A stretch of DNA of 64,000 bases from a virus. The stretch is taken from the IMG/VR virus record IMGVR_UViG_3300021964_007165, positions 15,898 through 79,897 of that record; one strand, given 5' to 3'. Positions 36,627-48,100 of the stretch are shown one piece after another; the stretch's first letter is position 1; every line of letters begins with the position of its first letter. The position numbers were made by a program, and so were the translations under genes. The notes below the pieces were generated by a model. That model made no database searches. It was not told the DNA's origin and worked only from the letters and a program-made list of their open reading frames with translations.

Positions 36627-39173
36627 TTATATGTTGTATTCATAGTTTCCGAACAGAATGTATTGTTCGGCACTTTTACCTGTAGTACTATCAATTATGT
36701 ACCTGTCAATATCAAAATCTATTGTATTAAAGTCGAAATTTTGATTTTTGATATTCAAAAGTATTTGATCGGCGCTTCCTGCTTGACAATATGCAATAGG
36801 TATAGCAGTTGTATAACCTAATTCTTGGACAGAATCTTCCTGTGCAGTACGCATCCATAATGGTAAAAAGTCTCTTTCTGTAACGCCTGTTTCACTAATA
36901 CGATCACGCATATTTTTAATATTGGAAATATACTTTTTATTGTGTGTATCTTGACTAATTTTTACAGCATCACTATCTACTTTTAATGTATTACTAATTG
37001 GTCTAAATCTATATGGTTCTGCTTTGCTGATTTCAAAGTTTTGTACAGATACTACACTCTGTCCGTTTCTAAGGACAATTCTAATATTTCCTACAGTTGG
37101 AAATACCACTCGACCGCTTCGTGTGATAATTTCTAAATCATTACCAATACTGGTTACATCAACTGTTGGAGTCCCTACTCCTCTAACGCCAAGTTCAAAT
37201 TGACTAACGCCACTACCTAACGCTGTATTGTCATCTAAAGATTCAAACTGTATACTATCTACTGTAATTTTTTTACCTAAAGTTGAAGTTGTTATTGTTT
37301 TTGCAACCTCACCTTTTATAGGCATATATGGGTCAATCACTTCTACATATATCACTTCATAAACAATATCATTTGTTCCTGGGTTTTTGGCTATAGCCTT
37401 TTTAATTTCACCAATTTTATATTTTTTTCTTTTATGATTTTTAGCCGCGGCGGCTACATAGTTCCTAATATTTTGAGTAAGTATTCCTGCATACGCCAAC
37501 ATCTTGACATCTTTTTGTACACCAAATTCTGGATCACCGCTTCTATAAATTAAATCTGGTGGAAAAATATTTGGATTAGAAATAAATGCAGTATACTCAT
37601 CGCGTTTTGTTTGAGTCATAAATGGTTTCATAAACAAGTTACTGTATAGATTGTCGTCTGGATCTAAAACGTCAATTGTAAATTCTTGTTCAATTGCACT
37701 AAAACCAAAACGATCTTCTGCTTTTACTGTAAACTTAAATTCTCTATCAATAATAGTTTTAGCACCATCAAATGTCATAGTACCGTTATCAAAAACTGTA
37801 AGTCCTTTTTTATCAGCAGTACCAAATTGGTTAACTTTTCCAATTATTTCCCCACTAATATCTAATTGTAATCCTGATGGAAGGTTACCACTTACAAGAC
37901 TATATATTAGTCTCGAGTCTGGTACACTTGTTTGTGCTTTGATCGATAATGTAGATATAAAGTTTGCACTTATGTTTCCTAAATTACTTGGTGTTGTAAA
38001 CTTAATAGTTGAATCAACTTCACCTAATATTTTTACTGTGAAAGTTTTTGTTTTACTTGCTAAGATTGTTTCTGGAACACCGCCGAATCTTGTTGCTTTT
38101 ACTGTAAATTTATATTGCTTTGTTACAGCCGGTTGATAAGGAACACGACCAGCAATCTCTCCTGTACTGCTATCTATTGACATACCTGGAGGTAACTCAC
38201 TTGCTGTATTATCGTCATTAGTTGCTTCTAATGTATATACAAGTCTACCTGCTATAGTTTCTGTATCTAATACATCAAGGAAAAATGTTAGGTAATTATT
38301 TGCTCTCCTAAATCCTAAGTTTGCAGGAGTCAACCATAATGGAGTTCTCAAGTAAGTGTTGTCAGCAGTAAACAATCCATTTGCAATTTGCATCTTGGTA
38401 TTATCTGCTCTTAAAAAATCGTCACCTACAAGATAAATTTGAAATTTACGTTTTGCAATAGTATCACCATCAGTTACACTTACTATAAATTCATAGTACC
38501 TATTTAACTTACGAGGTTGTTTGGTTGGAATTCTATCGTCATAGATTCTTGTGTCATAAAAGAAACTGTCAAAACCATTAGCACTTCTTTCGCCAAAGTC
38601 AAACGGAAATGTACCGTATATATTTGCATCATATGCACCACTGCCTGCTCTTGTATCTAATGCAAGTACTGGTTCTACAACACCAACCAGTTTACCATCT
38701 GTTGTTAATCGAACGCCTGGTGGAAGTTCTCCGTCATCGTCACCGATAAAATATTCTAATTCATCACCTGCAGGTAAGTCAGGATCAATCGCTTGTAATT
38801 TAAAATCAAGCAATGTGTTATCAAGTACAAAAAATTTGTTGTTTGGATCTACTTTTAAAAGACCCTCAGAGGTTACCCAAGTTGGTTCATCTGGACCTTC
38901 TATTATAATCGAAAGTGTTCGATCTTCAATTGCACCTGTATTGTCGGTTGCCCTTAGTACGAAAATAGATTCTGTTGATCTTTGTACCTCAAACGGAGTA
39001 CCTACAAGATACAAACCATCTAAACGTAATCCACCTGGTAAATTTCCAGTAATAAGTTTTACATTAGTAATAGTATTGCTTGTGGTGTTTAACGGTAACG
39101 CAGTTCGTACGGTATCATTTTCAGCAAATACGCCAAGTCTTTGTCCTGTTTTAACTGTCCAGAGTGTAGCCAT
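36627..39173 (-). CDS. Baseplate wedge-like protein with repeated Ig-like (He_PIG-type) domains
   Basis: Repeated G.LP.G..L...G.I.G and F.V.A motifs; LPLWMRT C-terminal motif. Confidence 0.65.
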   Translation of the reverse strand: MATLWTVKTGQRLGVFAENDTVRTALPLNTTSNTITNVKLITGNLPGGLRLDGLYLVGTPFEVQRSTESIFVLRATDNTGAIEDRTLSIIIEGPDEPTWVTSEGLLKVDPNNKFFVLDNTLLDFKLQAIDPDLPAGDELEYFIGDDDGELPPGVRLTTDGKLVGVVEPVLALDTRAGSGAYDANIYGTFPFDFGERSANGFDSFFYDTRIYDDRIPTKQPRKLNRYYEFIVSVTDGDTIAKRKFQIYLVGDDFLRADNTKMQIANGLFTADNTYLRTPLWLTPANLGFRRANNYLTFFLDVLDTETIAGRLVYTLEATNDDNTASELPPGMSIDSSTGEIAGRVPYQPAVTKQYKFTVKATRFGGVPETILASKTKTFTVKILGEVDSTIKFTTPSNLGNISANFISTLSIKAQTSVPDSRLIYSLVSGNLPSGLQLDISGEIIGKVNQFGTADKKGLTVFDNGTMTFDGAKTIIDREFKFTVKAEDRFGFSAIEQEFTIDVLDPDDNLYSNLFMKPFMTQTKRDEYTAFISNPNIFPPDLIYRSGDPEFGVQKDVKMLAYAGILTQNIRNYVAAAAKNHKRKKYKIGEIKKAIAKNPGTNDIVYEVIYVEVIDPYMPIKGEVAKTITTSTLGKKITVDSIQFESLDDNTALGSGVSQFELGVRGVGTPTVDVTSIGNDLEIITRSGRVVFPTVGNIRIVLRNGQSVVSVQNFEISKAEPYRFRPISNTLKVDSDAVKISQDTHNKKYISNIKNMRDRISETGVTERDFLPLWMRTAQEDSVQELGYTTAIPIAYCQAGSADQILLNIKNQNFDFNTIDFDIDRYIIDSTTGKSAEQYILFGNYEYNI

Positions 39174-39218
39174 TTTAATTCCTTATTCAGTAGTATTTAT
39201 CGGAATCTTTGACTATGC

Positions 39219-39884
39219 TTAAAGAGGATTTGTAATTGTGCCTACATCAATATTTACTGAAGAAGGTGTTGTTATTGTACCTAAATCAACATCAGCCGAT
39301 GCACTTAAGAATTCAATGATACTTGATGTTGAACCGTCAATAGTACTAAAATTAAATCCGTAAATATCACGCACATCTACATTGTAAACTAAACTTTGTA
39401 GATTTCGCACATTTAAAATATCATTTCCCTGGCCATCTAATTGTCCGCCAAGTTGTGGAGTTGCATCTGTGGATAATTCTGTAACAGAATTAATAGTTAT
39501 TCCGTTTGCACCATTAGTTTGTGTACTTGCATTAGTACCTCCGGAAATAGTAAACGTGTCGCCTTCTGCAAGTGTAATGTTTCCAGAATCAGTTGCTACT
39601 GTTAATTGCTGTAAGCCGCCTACACTTGAAATAATTACACCGTCAGCATTTGAAGATACTGTAACATTGCCGCCAGCAACAATCTTTTTAAATTGTAAAT
39701 CAAAGCCTGTTTTTTGTGCAAATACACCTTCACCTACACTTCCAAGATTACTTGCTGTAGTTTGCTCAGGATTACGATTATCAAGTTCTGTAAAGTTATT
39801 GTTAACTTTAACAAACGCTTCTCTTAGATCATCACCTGTTCCGTCATTTGCTACGCCGCCGATATTAACTGTTTGTATGCTCAT
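39219..39884 (-). CDS. Baseplate/fibre protein with T4 gp9/gp10-type N-terminus
   Basis: VNIG..ANDGTGD.LR.AF.KVN.NF.EL; true start 39884 (TAAATA-N5-ATG). Confidence 0.7.
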   Translation of the reverse strand: MSIQTVNIGGVANDGTGDDLREAFVKVNNNFTELDNRNPEQTTASNLGSVGEGVFAQKTGFDLQFKKIVAGGNVTVSSNADGVIISSVGGLQQLTVATDSGNITLAEGDTFTISGGTNASTQTNGANGITINSVTELSTDATPQLGGQLDGQGNDILNVRNLQSLVYNVDVRDIYGFNFSTIDGSTSSIIEFLSASADVDLGTITTPSSVNIDVGTITNPL

Positions 39885-39898
39885 ACTAATATTTATCC

Positions 39899-42823
39899 TT
39901 ATGTAACTGTTATGGTATTCCACATACTCAAATGGTTTGTACATTGATAACCATATGATCCTGCACCATCTATTGCAGTTTCCCAAACTTGAGCACCATT
40001 TTTGACTGTAACCCCTGTAACTTGATTTGCATCGCCGATTGATTGTGTTGTTTTGATACGCAATGGATGTAACGCCGCGGTAATTGAATGAGTCCAAAAT
40101 CTAACTATATCTCCATTATTAAATGCTAAAGTAGGTTGACTAACATTTACACCGATATTGCCGTTTCTGTCACTACCGGTCAAATAGTAATTTTCTCCGT
40201 TATTGTAAAAGTACACATCAAAAATTTTACTATTGGCTACCCTTTCTCTATGTTCAAATACTGTCCTACCATGTAGAGGAAAATATGCTCGTCTATTAGG
40301 ACCGCCTATAACACTATCCGTGTCAGTATAATCATCGTCCAATGATGTAATGTGTAAATCTGTTTTAGAATTTTTTATAAACCAATTTTTAACCTGAGCA
40401 GGTGTCCAGTCTGGATGTGCTTGTAACATACAGGCCATCATGCCTACCATCTGTGGTGCCGCCATAGAAGTGCCTGAATATTTGGCTTGACGCCAAGCAC
40501 TATCCGCAAAGTAAGTTGAACCTTGATTGTTGGGCTGGGCACTTATTACCTGTCTACCTACAGTGTATATTTCTACTGCTGGTCCTGTATCACTGAAGTT
40601 TGCTTTGCGGTTAATACGAGCCCCATTGCTTGGTACATCAACTTGATATCCTGATTCTCCTGCTTGACTTGGATCGTCCTGTGCTGGTGTATTGCCATCT
40701 TGGAATATGCTTCTAATTGTTGCAAGTGATGGTTTACTAATAACTGGTGCAATGTACGTGTTGTGGAAAGCATAACCTAATGGGTTATTTGCTTGAATGC
40801 CTGCTTGGGTACGCATACTGTCTGACCACTCTGGAGCAAGACTTCCACCGTCCCATAATTCTGTGTATTCAAACATACAGAAGTTTAGTAGGAACAAGTA
40901 TTCTTTTGCGGCTACTTCAAATGCATCTGCGTTTGTCTTCCAATCATCTGGATTTTCTTGATAACCTGATGGATCCCAGAACCCGCCGTCAAATGCTTCT
41001 TCCATTGCGGCATACAAATCACCTGTCTGCCAGTCAGCGGCTAAGAAACTATATAATTTTATATCATCTGCAGGTAACCCGTGCATGTGTAGTGTGTGGA
41101 ATACGTGTTCAATAACTTCTTGTGCGTCTATATCACCGTCGCCATAGCCATCACCTGTTGAGTTCAAATACCAAACCATATCATTAGCAACGTGAGTGTC
41201 AAACAAGTTAGTTAGGTTCCAACTAATAACACCTGCGTCAGTTAAGAAGTTTGGAGTATAATCTGCTCCTGCACCTCTTGCTACTCGTTGTAGTGTTGGT
41301 AAGCCTGCGTGATAAGTTCCTGTGTCACCACTTAGTGTTTTTATTAAGTTTCTTTGATATATTTCGTTAATACCTGCGCCATTTGGATCTGTAAACAATT
41401 CAAACATACGTGCTACTTTTTCTAACCACGCATCTGGAACTGCTGTTTGTCCACCCACTGTGCCAGCACCCATAACTCTTACACCATTAACAGTAACTTC
41501 TCGTTTAAAGAAATCGCTACCATCGCCAGTAACATTAATGATTGCACCATTGTTATATTCATTATCTAATGCACCAGATTTAGTATTGTCAGAAGCATCA
41601 ATAGCACCAACTTCAAAACCTGCATTGATATCACCTACTGGATTTGATAGCGTAGGGTTATAAGTATCTCCACCTTCAAAGGTTGAAGGTGATTTTCCTC
41701 TATGATAATATTGATAATAGTTACTTCCGCTGAGATTAAATGTTATAAAATTGTTATAATCCGGACCTCCTGGATGATCGATTTTCATATAATTGTTTCC
41801 TGCGGCAGTACAAACATGGATTCCAGCGGAAATTAGTTGTTCAACATCTGCATCGATAAATGCGTATTTTCTGCCAAACATATAATATCCAGCACCAAAA
41901 TCAGGACGAAAAGTACCAACTACTCCGTATTGTGTTAGATTAGATCGAACAGTGTCTGTATGATCAGTCCCTCTATAATTTCCGCCAGTAACATCATATC
42001 CAGTTGAAGAAAGTACGACTTGATTTGGAGTAACTGAAGTGTTAAGAAACCAACTGTATTGAAAACTCATGTTTACCACAGTAGGTCTACTTCCGTTTTT
42101 AGCATTGTGCCAACCTATCAAACAATCAATCATATTATTCCAACTTATATTATTATTTGCATTTGAATACAGTGTGATGTTGTAAATTCTTGCGTTCTTG
42201 GCCCAACCAAAGTTTTTACCTGCCATAGTACCTATGCAGTGTGTTCCGTGACCATTTGTGTCTGTGTAGAAGTTTGCAGGTTGTGTGCCTGAGACTCCTG
42301 ATTCTGTGAACCAATTAATTTTTTGCAGTCTTGAAACACCATCAGCATCTTCCCATTCAGGATGCCCGTCTTGTATGCCCGTATCAACTATAACTACATC
42401 TACACCGGTGCCATCAAGGGCGTAGTTGTAATCGCCCATGCCCGGGTCACTGTTAAGACCTTGATATGGATTGTATTCAGAAGTATGTAATTTAAGTCCC
42501 CAATTAGCCTGTGCCCCTGTTGCAGTAGATGTCCTGTTAAAATCTCCTACAAAATTTGCAGTAGGTGTAGGTTCAGGAACATCGTTAATATCCTGCACAT
42601 CTATAATCCTTGGATCATTTCTCAATTGATTTGCTTCAGCATCTGTGAGATGATAGTGAGTGTTCCTTTTGTTGAGTGGGCGTTCGTTACAACATTCACA
42701 GGCTCTGTCTGGTATGATGTTGGAATCTACAGCATCATCAGTGCTGGTATCGTTGATTATGTCTGCGTGTACTTCACGCCAATCAACATCTTTTCTAACT
42801 GTTACAACGTATTCTTTTTCCAT
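39899..42823 (-). CDS. Subtilisin-like S8 protease with large internal insertion, probably virion-associated
   Basis: VVIVDTG, HGTHC.G, AAGN, GTSMAAP catalytic motifs. Confidence 0.88.
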   Translation of the reverse strand: MEKEYVVTVRKDVDWREVHADIINDTSTDDAVDSNIIPDRACECCNERPLNKRNTHYHLTDAEANQLRNDPRIIDVQDINDVPEPTPTANFVGDFNRTSTATGAQANWGLKLHTSEYNPYQGLNSDPGMGDYNYALDGTGVDVVIVDTGIQDGHPEWEDADGVSRLQKINWFTESGVSGTQPANFYTDTNGHGTHCIGTMAGKNFGWAKNARIYNITLYSNANNNISWNNMIDCLIGWHNAKNGSRPTVVNMSFQYSWFLNTSVTPNQVVLSSTGYDVTGGNYRGTDHTDTVRSNLTQYGVVGTFRPDFGAGYYMFGRKYAFIDADVEQLISAGIHVCTAAGNNYMKIDHPGGPDYNNFITFNLSGSNYYQYYHRGKSPSTFEGGDTYNPTLSNPVGDINAGFEVGAIDASDNTKSGALDNEYNNGAIINVTGDGSDFFKREVTVNGVRVMGAGTVGGQTAVPDAWLEKVARMFELFTDPNGAGINEIYQRNLIKTLSGDTGTYHAGLPTLQRVARGAGADYTPNFLTDAGVISWNLTNLFDTHVANDMVWYLNSTGDGYGDGDIDAQEVIEHVFHTLHMHGLPADDIKLYSFLAADWQTGDLYAAMEEAFDGGFWDPSGYQENPDDWKTNADAFEVAAKEYLFLLNFCMFEYTELWDGGSLAPEWSDSMRTQAGIQANNPLGYAFHNTYIAPVISKPSLATIRSIFQDGNTPAQDDPSQAGESGYQVDVPSNGARINRKANFSDTGPAVEIYTVGRQVISAQPNNQGSTYFADSAWRQAKYSGTSMAAPQMVGMMACMLQAHPDWTPAQVKNWFIKNSKTDLHITSLDDDYTDTDSVIGGPNRRAYFPLHGRTVFEHRERVANSKIFDVYFYNNGENYYLTGSDRNGNIGVNVSQPTLAFNNGDIVRFWTHSITAALHPLRIKTTQSIGDANQVTGVTVKNGAQVWETAIDGAGSYGYQCTNHLSMWNTITVT

Positions 42824-42830
42824 TTATATA

Positions 42831-44699
42831 CTACGAGACAATGGCTCTGTCACTGACTCTTCTCCAATTTGTTCCATCGTAAAAAGCAGGTATAGCGCCG
42901 CCCGATTCATCTGTACAAAATACCATTGCACCCACTGACGATACCAATGAACCTAATTGTGTAACTGTTTTGTTAACCAACTTCATAGGAGCATCGTTAA
43001 TAATTTCGTTAGTAGGATCAAGTGTGATAGTTGTTGGTGATGAAATAGTATATGTGCCTGTTAGAGTAGAAGGTGCTTGAATTGTTTCTACTTCAATATT
43101 AGTTACTGTAAGTGTATCTGTGGTTTTATTATATGTAAATCCAGCATCGCCGCCAAATGCACCACCGTCATTAAATTGAACCTGTGTATCTGTTCCGCCG
43201 GGCGTGCCAGTGCCGCCACCGCCTGATGAAGCAAAAGTTATTGTTCTATTTGTTGCCGATGTTGTAATCGTCATACCAGTGCCAGCAATAAGTTCTATAC
43301 TGTCTAATGTGCTTTCAGCGCCAATTGTACTTTGTCCTGCTACAGTAAACTCTGCAAAAATATTTTGATCTTCGTTTGGTGATGTGTTTGTAATTGTTAG
43401 TGTATCACCGACAATGGTTGTACTCACACCACTACCTACAATATTAAAAGTATCAGTTGCTGTATCTGCTGTTGTAGTACCAGTCTCAGCACTCATTGTT
43501 GCAAATAAATTCTGCGGAGTCACTGCTGAATCTACATATGCTTTAATAGCACTTTGAGTTGCAAGTCTTGTTCCACTGTTTGCTGTGAATGTACTGTCAT
43601 TGTCAATATTGTTTACTGTAACCGCACTACTGTCAAAATTCAAACTTGTTATTGATGTAAGTACTGCATCAGTAAGTGTGTTTGTAAATGTAAACGATCC
43701 TGAGCCATCTGTCTTTAAAAATTGATTTGCAGTTCCATCTGTCACGCCTACGTCAGTAAGTGTGGTAGGAGAATCAGTAATTCCATATCCTGCAAGTGTA
43801 GTTGGTTTATTTTGAATATCTGAAAAGTTAGGTTGATTAGTTGAGTTAATCCAACTTAATCCATCATAATATAATATTTGTCCACTTGTTGGTGATGATA
43901 TACTAACATCATTTAAATTTGTTATAGCATATGTAGGTTTATTTGTAGCATTGTTGAAATCTAAAAAGTATGCACTATCAAATCCATCAAGCGTGTCGGC
44001 GTCCAACCCCGAACCACCGGATGTAATATCATCTGCAGGAGCCCATTTAATTCCGTCCCATTTCAAAACTTGTCCTGTTCGTGGAGGTGTTGACTGTGTA
44101 TCAACATCTACCATGTCGCTAATATCGTTTGGAATAATCGGTTTGTTGCTTAAATCATTATAACTACCTGTGGTTGCTACTGTTGCAAGACTTGGTCTAC
44201 CAGTTAGTTCTGTATAGGCTACTGCACTGTTTACCCAAGCAGTGCCATTGTATTTTAAAACTTGTGTGTTGGCTGGAGCAACAAGTGTTACATCTGTGAG
44301 TCCGTCAAGTGCAGTAGCACCTCCTCCACCTCCTCCAGATCCTACGCCAGTTGCTTCAATAGTAAGAGTATTTGCTCCGTCATTGTACACTAAATTAATA
44401 CCTGTACCGGCTACAAGCAGATTAGCAATACGATCGTCAACACGTTCATTGCTAAAATATAATTTTGTGCCTTCTACAATGTCGTCTGTGTTTACTGGAA
44501 TAGTTGGAGTACCTATTAGATCAGCATACTGACCACTGAAAGGATTATATAGTACTCCTGCGATTGTTAAACTTGTTGCAGAAATATTACCAGCACCAAC
44601 GATACCAGATCCTGTTAAATTTAAATTATCACCGATGGGTAATTCTTTTAACTTATTACCGTCATCTATGTCTACTATTAGTGGTATTCTATCTGCCAT
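42831..44699 (-). CDS. Tail fibre-like protein
   Basis: Repeats L..L.DV, GQVL.WDG..W, Y.DL...P, DADTLDG, PTTLAGYGITD. Confidence 0.8.
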   Translation of the reverse strand: MADRIPLIVDIDDGNKLKELPIGDNLNLTGSGIVGAGNISATSLTIAGVLYNPFSGQYADLIGTPTIPVNTDDIVEGTKLYFSNERVDDRIANLLVAGTGINLVYNDGANTLTIEATGVGSGGGGGGATALDGLTDVTLVAPANTQVLKYNGTAWVNSAVAYTELTGRPSLATVATTGSYNDLSNKPIIPNDISDMVDVDTQSTPPRTGQVLKWDGIKWAPADDITSGGSGLDADTLDGFDSAYFLDFNNATNKPTYAITNLNDVSISSPTSGQILYYDGLSWINSTNQPNFSDIQNKPTTLAGYGITDSPTTLTDVGVTDGTANQFLKTDGSGSFTFTNTLTDAVLTSITSLNFDSSAVTVNNIDNDSTFTANSGTRLATQSAIKAYVDSAVTPQNLFATMSAETGTTTADTATDTFNIVGSGVSTTIVGDTLTITNTSPNEDQNIFAEFTVAGQSTIGAESTLDSIELIAGTGMTITTSATNRTITFASSGGGGTGTPGGTDTQVQFNDGGAFGGDAGFTYNKTTDTLTVTNIEVETIQAPSTLTGTYTISSPTTITLDPTNEIINDAPMKLVNKTVTQLGSLVSSVGAMVFCTDESGGAIPAFYDGTNWRRVSDRAIVS

Positions 44700-44719
44700 T
44701 TTGTTTTCCTATACTATAT

Positions 44720-45160
44720 TTATAGCGCCGCTATCCTTGTTTGGAAGTCAGCAAAGTCTATACTTGCCGCTACCTCTGTTTTTAATGTTGCTAAACTAAC
44801 ATATCCTGGTATTGTGCTATTCACACCATCTACTAATAGTGTGCTGTCATCACCGAATACACTGCCAGTGATATCACCATCAACTGTACCTGTATGTGTT
44901 CCTACTGTATTGTTGTTAAGTGTTCCGCTGATTACTGCCGCTGGAATGATAGCATTAACAGCATCAACTAAGAGCGTTGAATCATCTGCAAAAATGCTTC
45001 CTTGCGTATCCTGTACTTGTGCAATTTGTCCATTTTCAAGAACAGTAACTTTACCATAAAGTTCTGTAAAATTATCATTGACTTTGCCAAACGCTGTGCG
45101 GATTGGATCACCGTCTCCTTTGTTAGCACTTGATCCAATGTTTATAGTTCTTTGTGCCAT
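44720..45160 (-). CDS. Short fibre/baseplate protein with gp9/gp10-type N-terminus
   Basis: INIG..AN.G.GD..R.AF.KVN.NF.ELY; two GS.F.DDSTLLVD repeats. Confidence 0.7.
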   Translation of the reverse strand: MAQRTINIGSSANKGDGDPIRTAFGKVNDNFTELYGKVTVLENGQIAQVQDTQGSIFADDSTLLVDAVNAIIPAAVISGTLNNNTVGTHTGTVDGDITGSVFGDDSTLLVDGVNSTIPGYVSLATLKTEVAASIDFADFQTRIAAL

Positions 45161-48100
45161 TATACTCTCCCTACCACTGCTTCAATTGTGCCGTATCCGG
45201 GATCGTCTTTGGCTTGTAATGCTTTACCAATTACTGTTCCAACTTTTGCATTGTTGTCTACTATTGCATATCCTGGAATACTTGCTGAAACTAACAAGTC
45301 TCCTTTCTTAGCAATACCTACAACATTTACAGGAACTCTACCCTGTAATGCAATCGCTGTAACAAAATCGCCCTCTGCACCTGCGTTCATTAAGTAACCA
45401 GGTTTTTCTGAAACAACACCTGCTACTCTTGTATCGCCTTTTAATTTAGTTACTGTTACTTCTTGCTCCCCACCAAATATTAAAACACTACCTACTTCAT
45501 ATGTAGCATCTGCAAGATAGTTCTCAGCCAAGTCAGCGTATAATGCTGTGTTTGCTTGAGCACTTGTTGAAATAGCATATATATTTTGGAAACGTTTTGT
45601 CGCACTACCTAAATCATAAACATCTGTTTCTCCTGGAAGAGTTGCTGTGTTTGTTACAGTAAGTCTATTTGTACCACCAGTAATGAATCCAATTTGATCT
45701 GCACTTGTGAAACCTGTATTTGCACCAATTCCAATACCAGTTGAATTATTATCATTTTCATCTGGTGCTTCAATAAATGATGTATAAGTCCAATCAGCCG
45801 CCAAGTAGTTTTCGCCTGCCAACGCACTGTTAGACTGGAATGTACTTTCTGCAGATTTAGCATTACCAATATTCAAATTACCTGACATATTATTGTTGGT
45901 AACTCCACCACCTGTTGTCTGTGAACTCAAGAACAGTGTTGCACTTGGGTTAGTAAAGTTAACCGTTGTGCCTGAAGTATCAATAATTCTTGCACTGTCA
46001 ACTTCCAACGCCTGTACATTAATAGATCCATCTGTATGTGTCTTAACAATAGCACTTGGTGCACCAATAGTAGTAAATGTACCTCCACTGTTTACAATAG
46101 TTGAGAAAGGAATAGCACTTACATCACCTGTGGCGCTATCACCTTGTGCTCTACCAATTACACTATCGTCTGGAATGTTTGCTAATTTTTCAATTGGTAG
46201 TTGACCATCATCAATACTAATAAAACCGTTCGTGCTACTAAACACAACACTATCAAATACTGCAAGACCCAAGTTACCTTGAACAATTCCTGCGGCAGTT
46301 GCTCTTACACCAGCGGCTTGCATATTAAGTTTACTTTGTGCAATCTGTGCCGCGGCATTTACATCTGCATTTACAATACTTCCATCTGCAATTCCTGTTG
46401 CTACAGTTTTGTCAACAGCATTGTAAGTAAATTCAAAATATCCTGTTGGTGTAGCAGTATCCCAATTTGTTCCAGTCCATACTAAGATATCATTTGTATC
46501 TCTTGTGCCATTAGCACCTGTACCATACATTAATGATTCACCAAAAGGCGTTCTACCATCTACATAACGCTTGTTAGTTGCATCAAATGGATCACCTGGA
46601 TCTCCTAATGCTGTAAGATTATTATTTGCAAAACTAATATTTTGACTCGGTGATGTTGATCCGTCTCGTGCTAAGAAACCAGCACCAATTGGATTAGAAA
46701 CTGCAAGTGATGTTTCGTCAACACCTAAGCGTCTATTGATGTAACCACGCACTGCTGATTCAGTTGGTACTGAGTCAACTGCGTTATCAGTCATTCCGTC
46801 ATCACTTGAGAATTCAGTAATAACAACACCACGTTTAAATCCAATACCGTCCAAGTTACTCAAAGCAATACTTGCCGCAAATGTTACTCGTCCAGTACCT
46901 TGGTCAACTGTGAAGAATCTACCAACACGGAAGAAACCATCTTGGTCAGTACTTACGTAGAACACTCTACCTTTGTCTCGTTCTTGTACTTCGTTAGCCT
47001 GTTGTGGTTCTTGCGGAGCACCAAAAATTTTACTTGGATAGTTGGAAGTATTAAATCCTCCTGATCCAATATCATTAAAGTCATGTCCTGTTGCTCTTGC
47101 TACAGAAATATTAACTGTTAGTCCTGCGTTTTCATTTCCATCAAGACCAACACGTAGCGTGATTGCATCTGCACTTGCTACTGGACTATTCAATCCGGAG
47201 GCCACAACTGTGTCACCTAAAGCCGCATCGTTAATGTCGTTCACATCTTCAATAGTGATAAGTCCGTGATCTGTTTGGTCTGAGTAACTTAAAATTCTGT
47301 GTACTTTACCATCCCATCCAAACAACATATCGCCATTGTTAAGTCTGTTAATTTCTGATTGCTCAGTCAATCTTGTTACAGCAACAACAGTATCGCCTTG
47401 TGTGCCTCCCTGTGTGCCGCCGCCGCCATTAACATCAGATACCTTTGTTTGATCTACAATCAATCTAATATAATCATAATTAGAATCAAATGTAACCAAC
47501 TGTTGGTTAGCACCTGGAAGAGCATTACCTACTGCATCAGTACTGTTAAATGCGATAGTTCTATATGTAAAGTCGTCTTGCTCATCAAACACAATAGCAG
47601 TTGATGGTCTAATAACTGCTACATCATCTAAATTATCAAATACAAAATTTTGTAATTGTCTAATAGTTACTTTTTGGTTATTTGTTAATGCTGTTGCTAA
47701 ACCTTCATTACCTGTAATGTTAAGTTTATAAATTGTGCCATCTCGAGAAGCACCAGCAATATCTGCAAATGATGTAGTCTGAATACTTGCTACTTCGTAT
47801 CTTATAATGCCTGTAGTTCCGCCATGATCAATTTCAAGTTCTGATACGTTGGTTGGAATATAATCAACATCGTAAACGTAAACAATATTTTTTCCTGCTT
47901 CGTTTAGAGCGTCAACTCCGTTGTCGTAAACACGAGCATTCTGTACCATTTTCTCAACAAGAGTAATTTGATCAATGACTTCGTTTGGATCCGAACCTGC
48001 CGCAACCAAACCATAGTTACCATTTGAGTTAGAACCGTTTAGTGATCTAATTTGTGAACCGTTGTTGGCCATATATGCCGCATGACAGTAGTACGTAAAT

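Noticed and set aside
39885-40097. N-terminal extensions in the ORF track (also 53488-53550, 32668-32751, 55702-55752, 26119-26175, 3040-3159)
   Set aside because: They overlap neighbouring genes or promoters; downstream ATGs match promoters, RBSs and family N-termini
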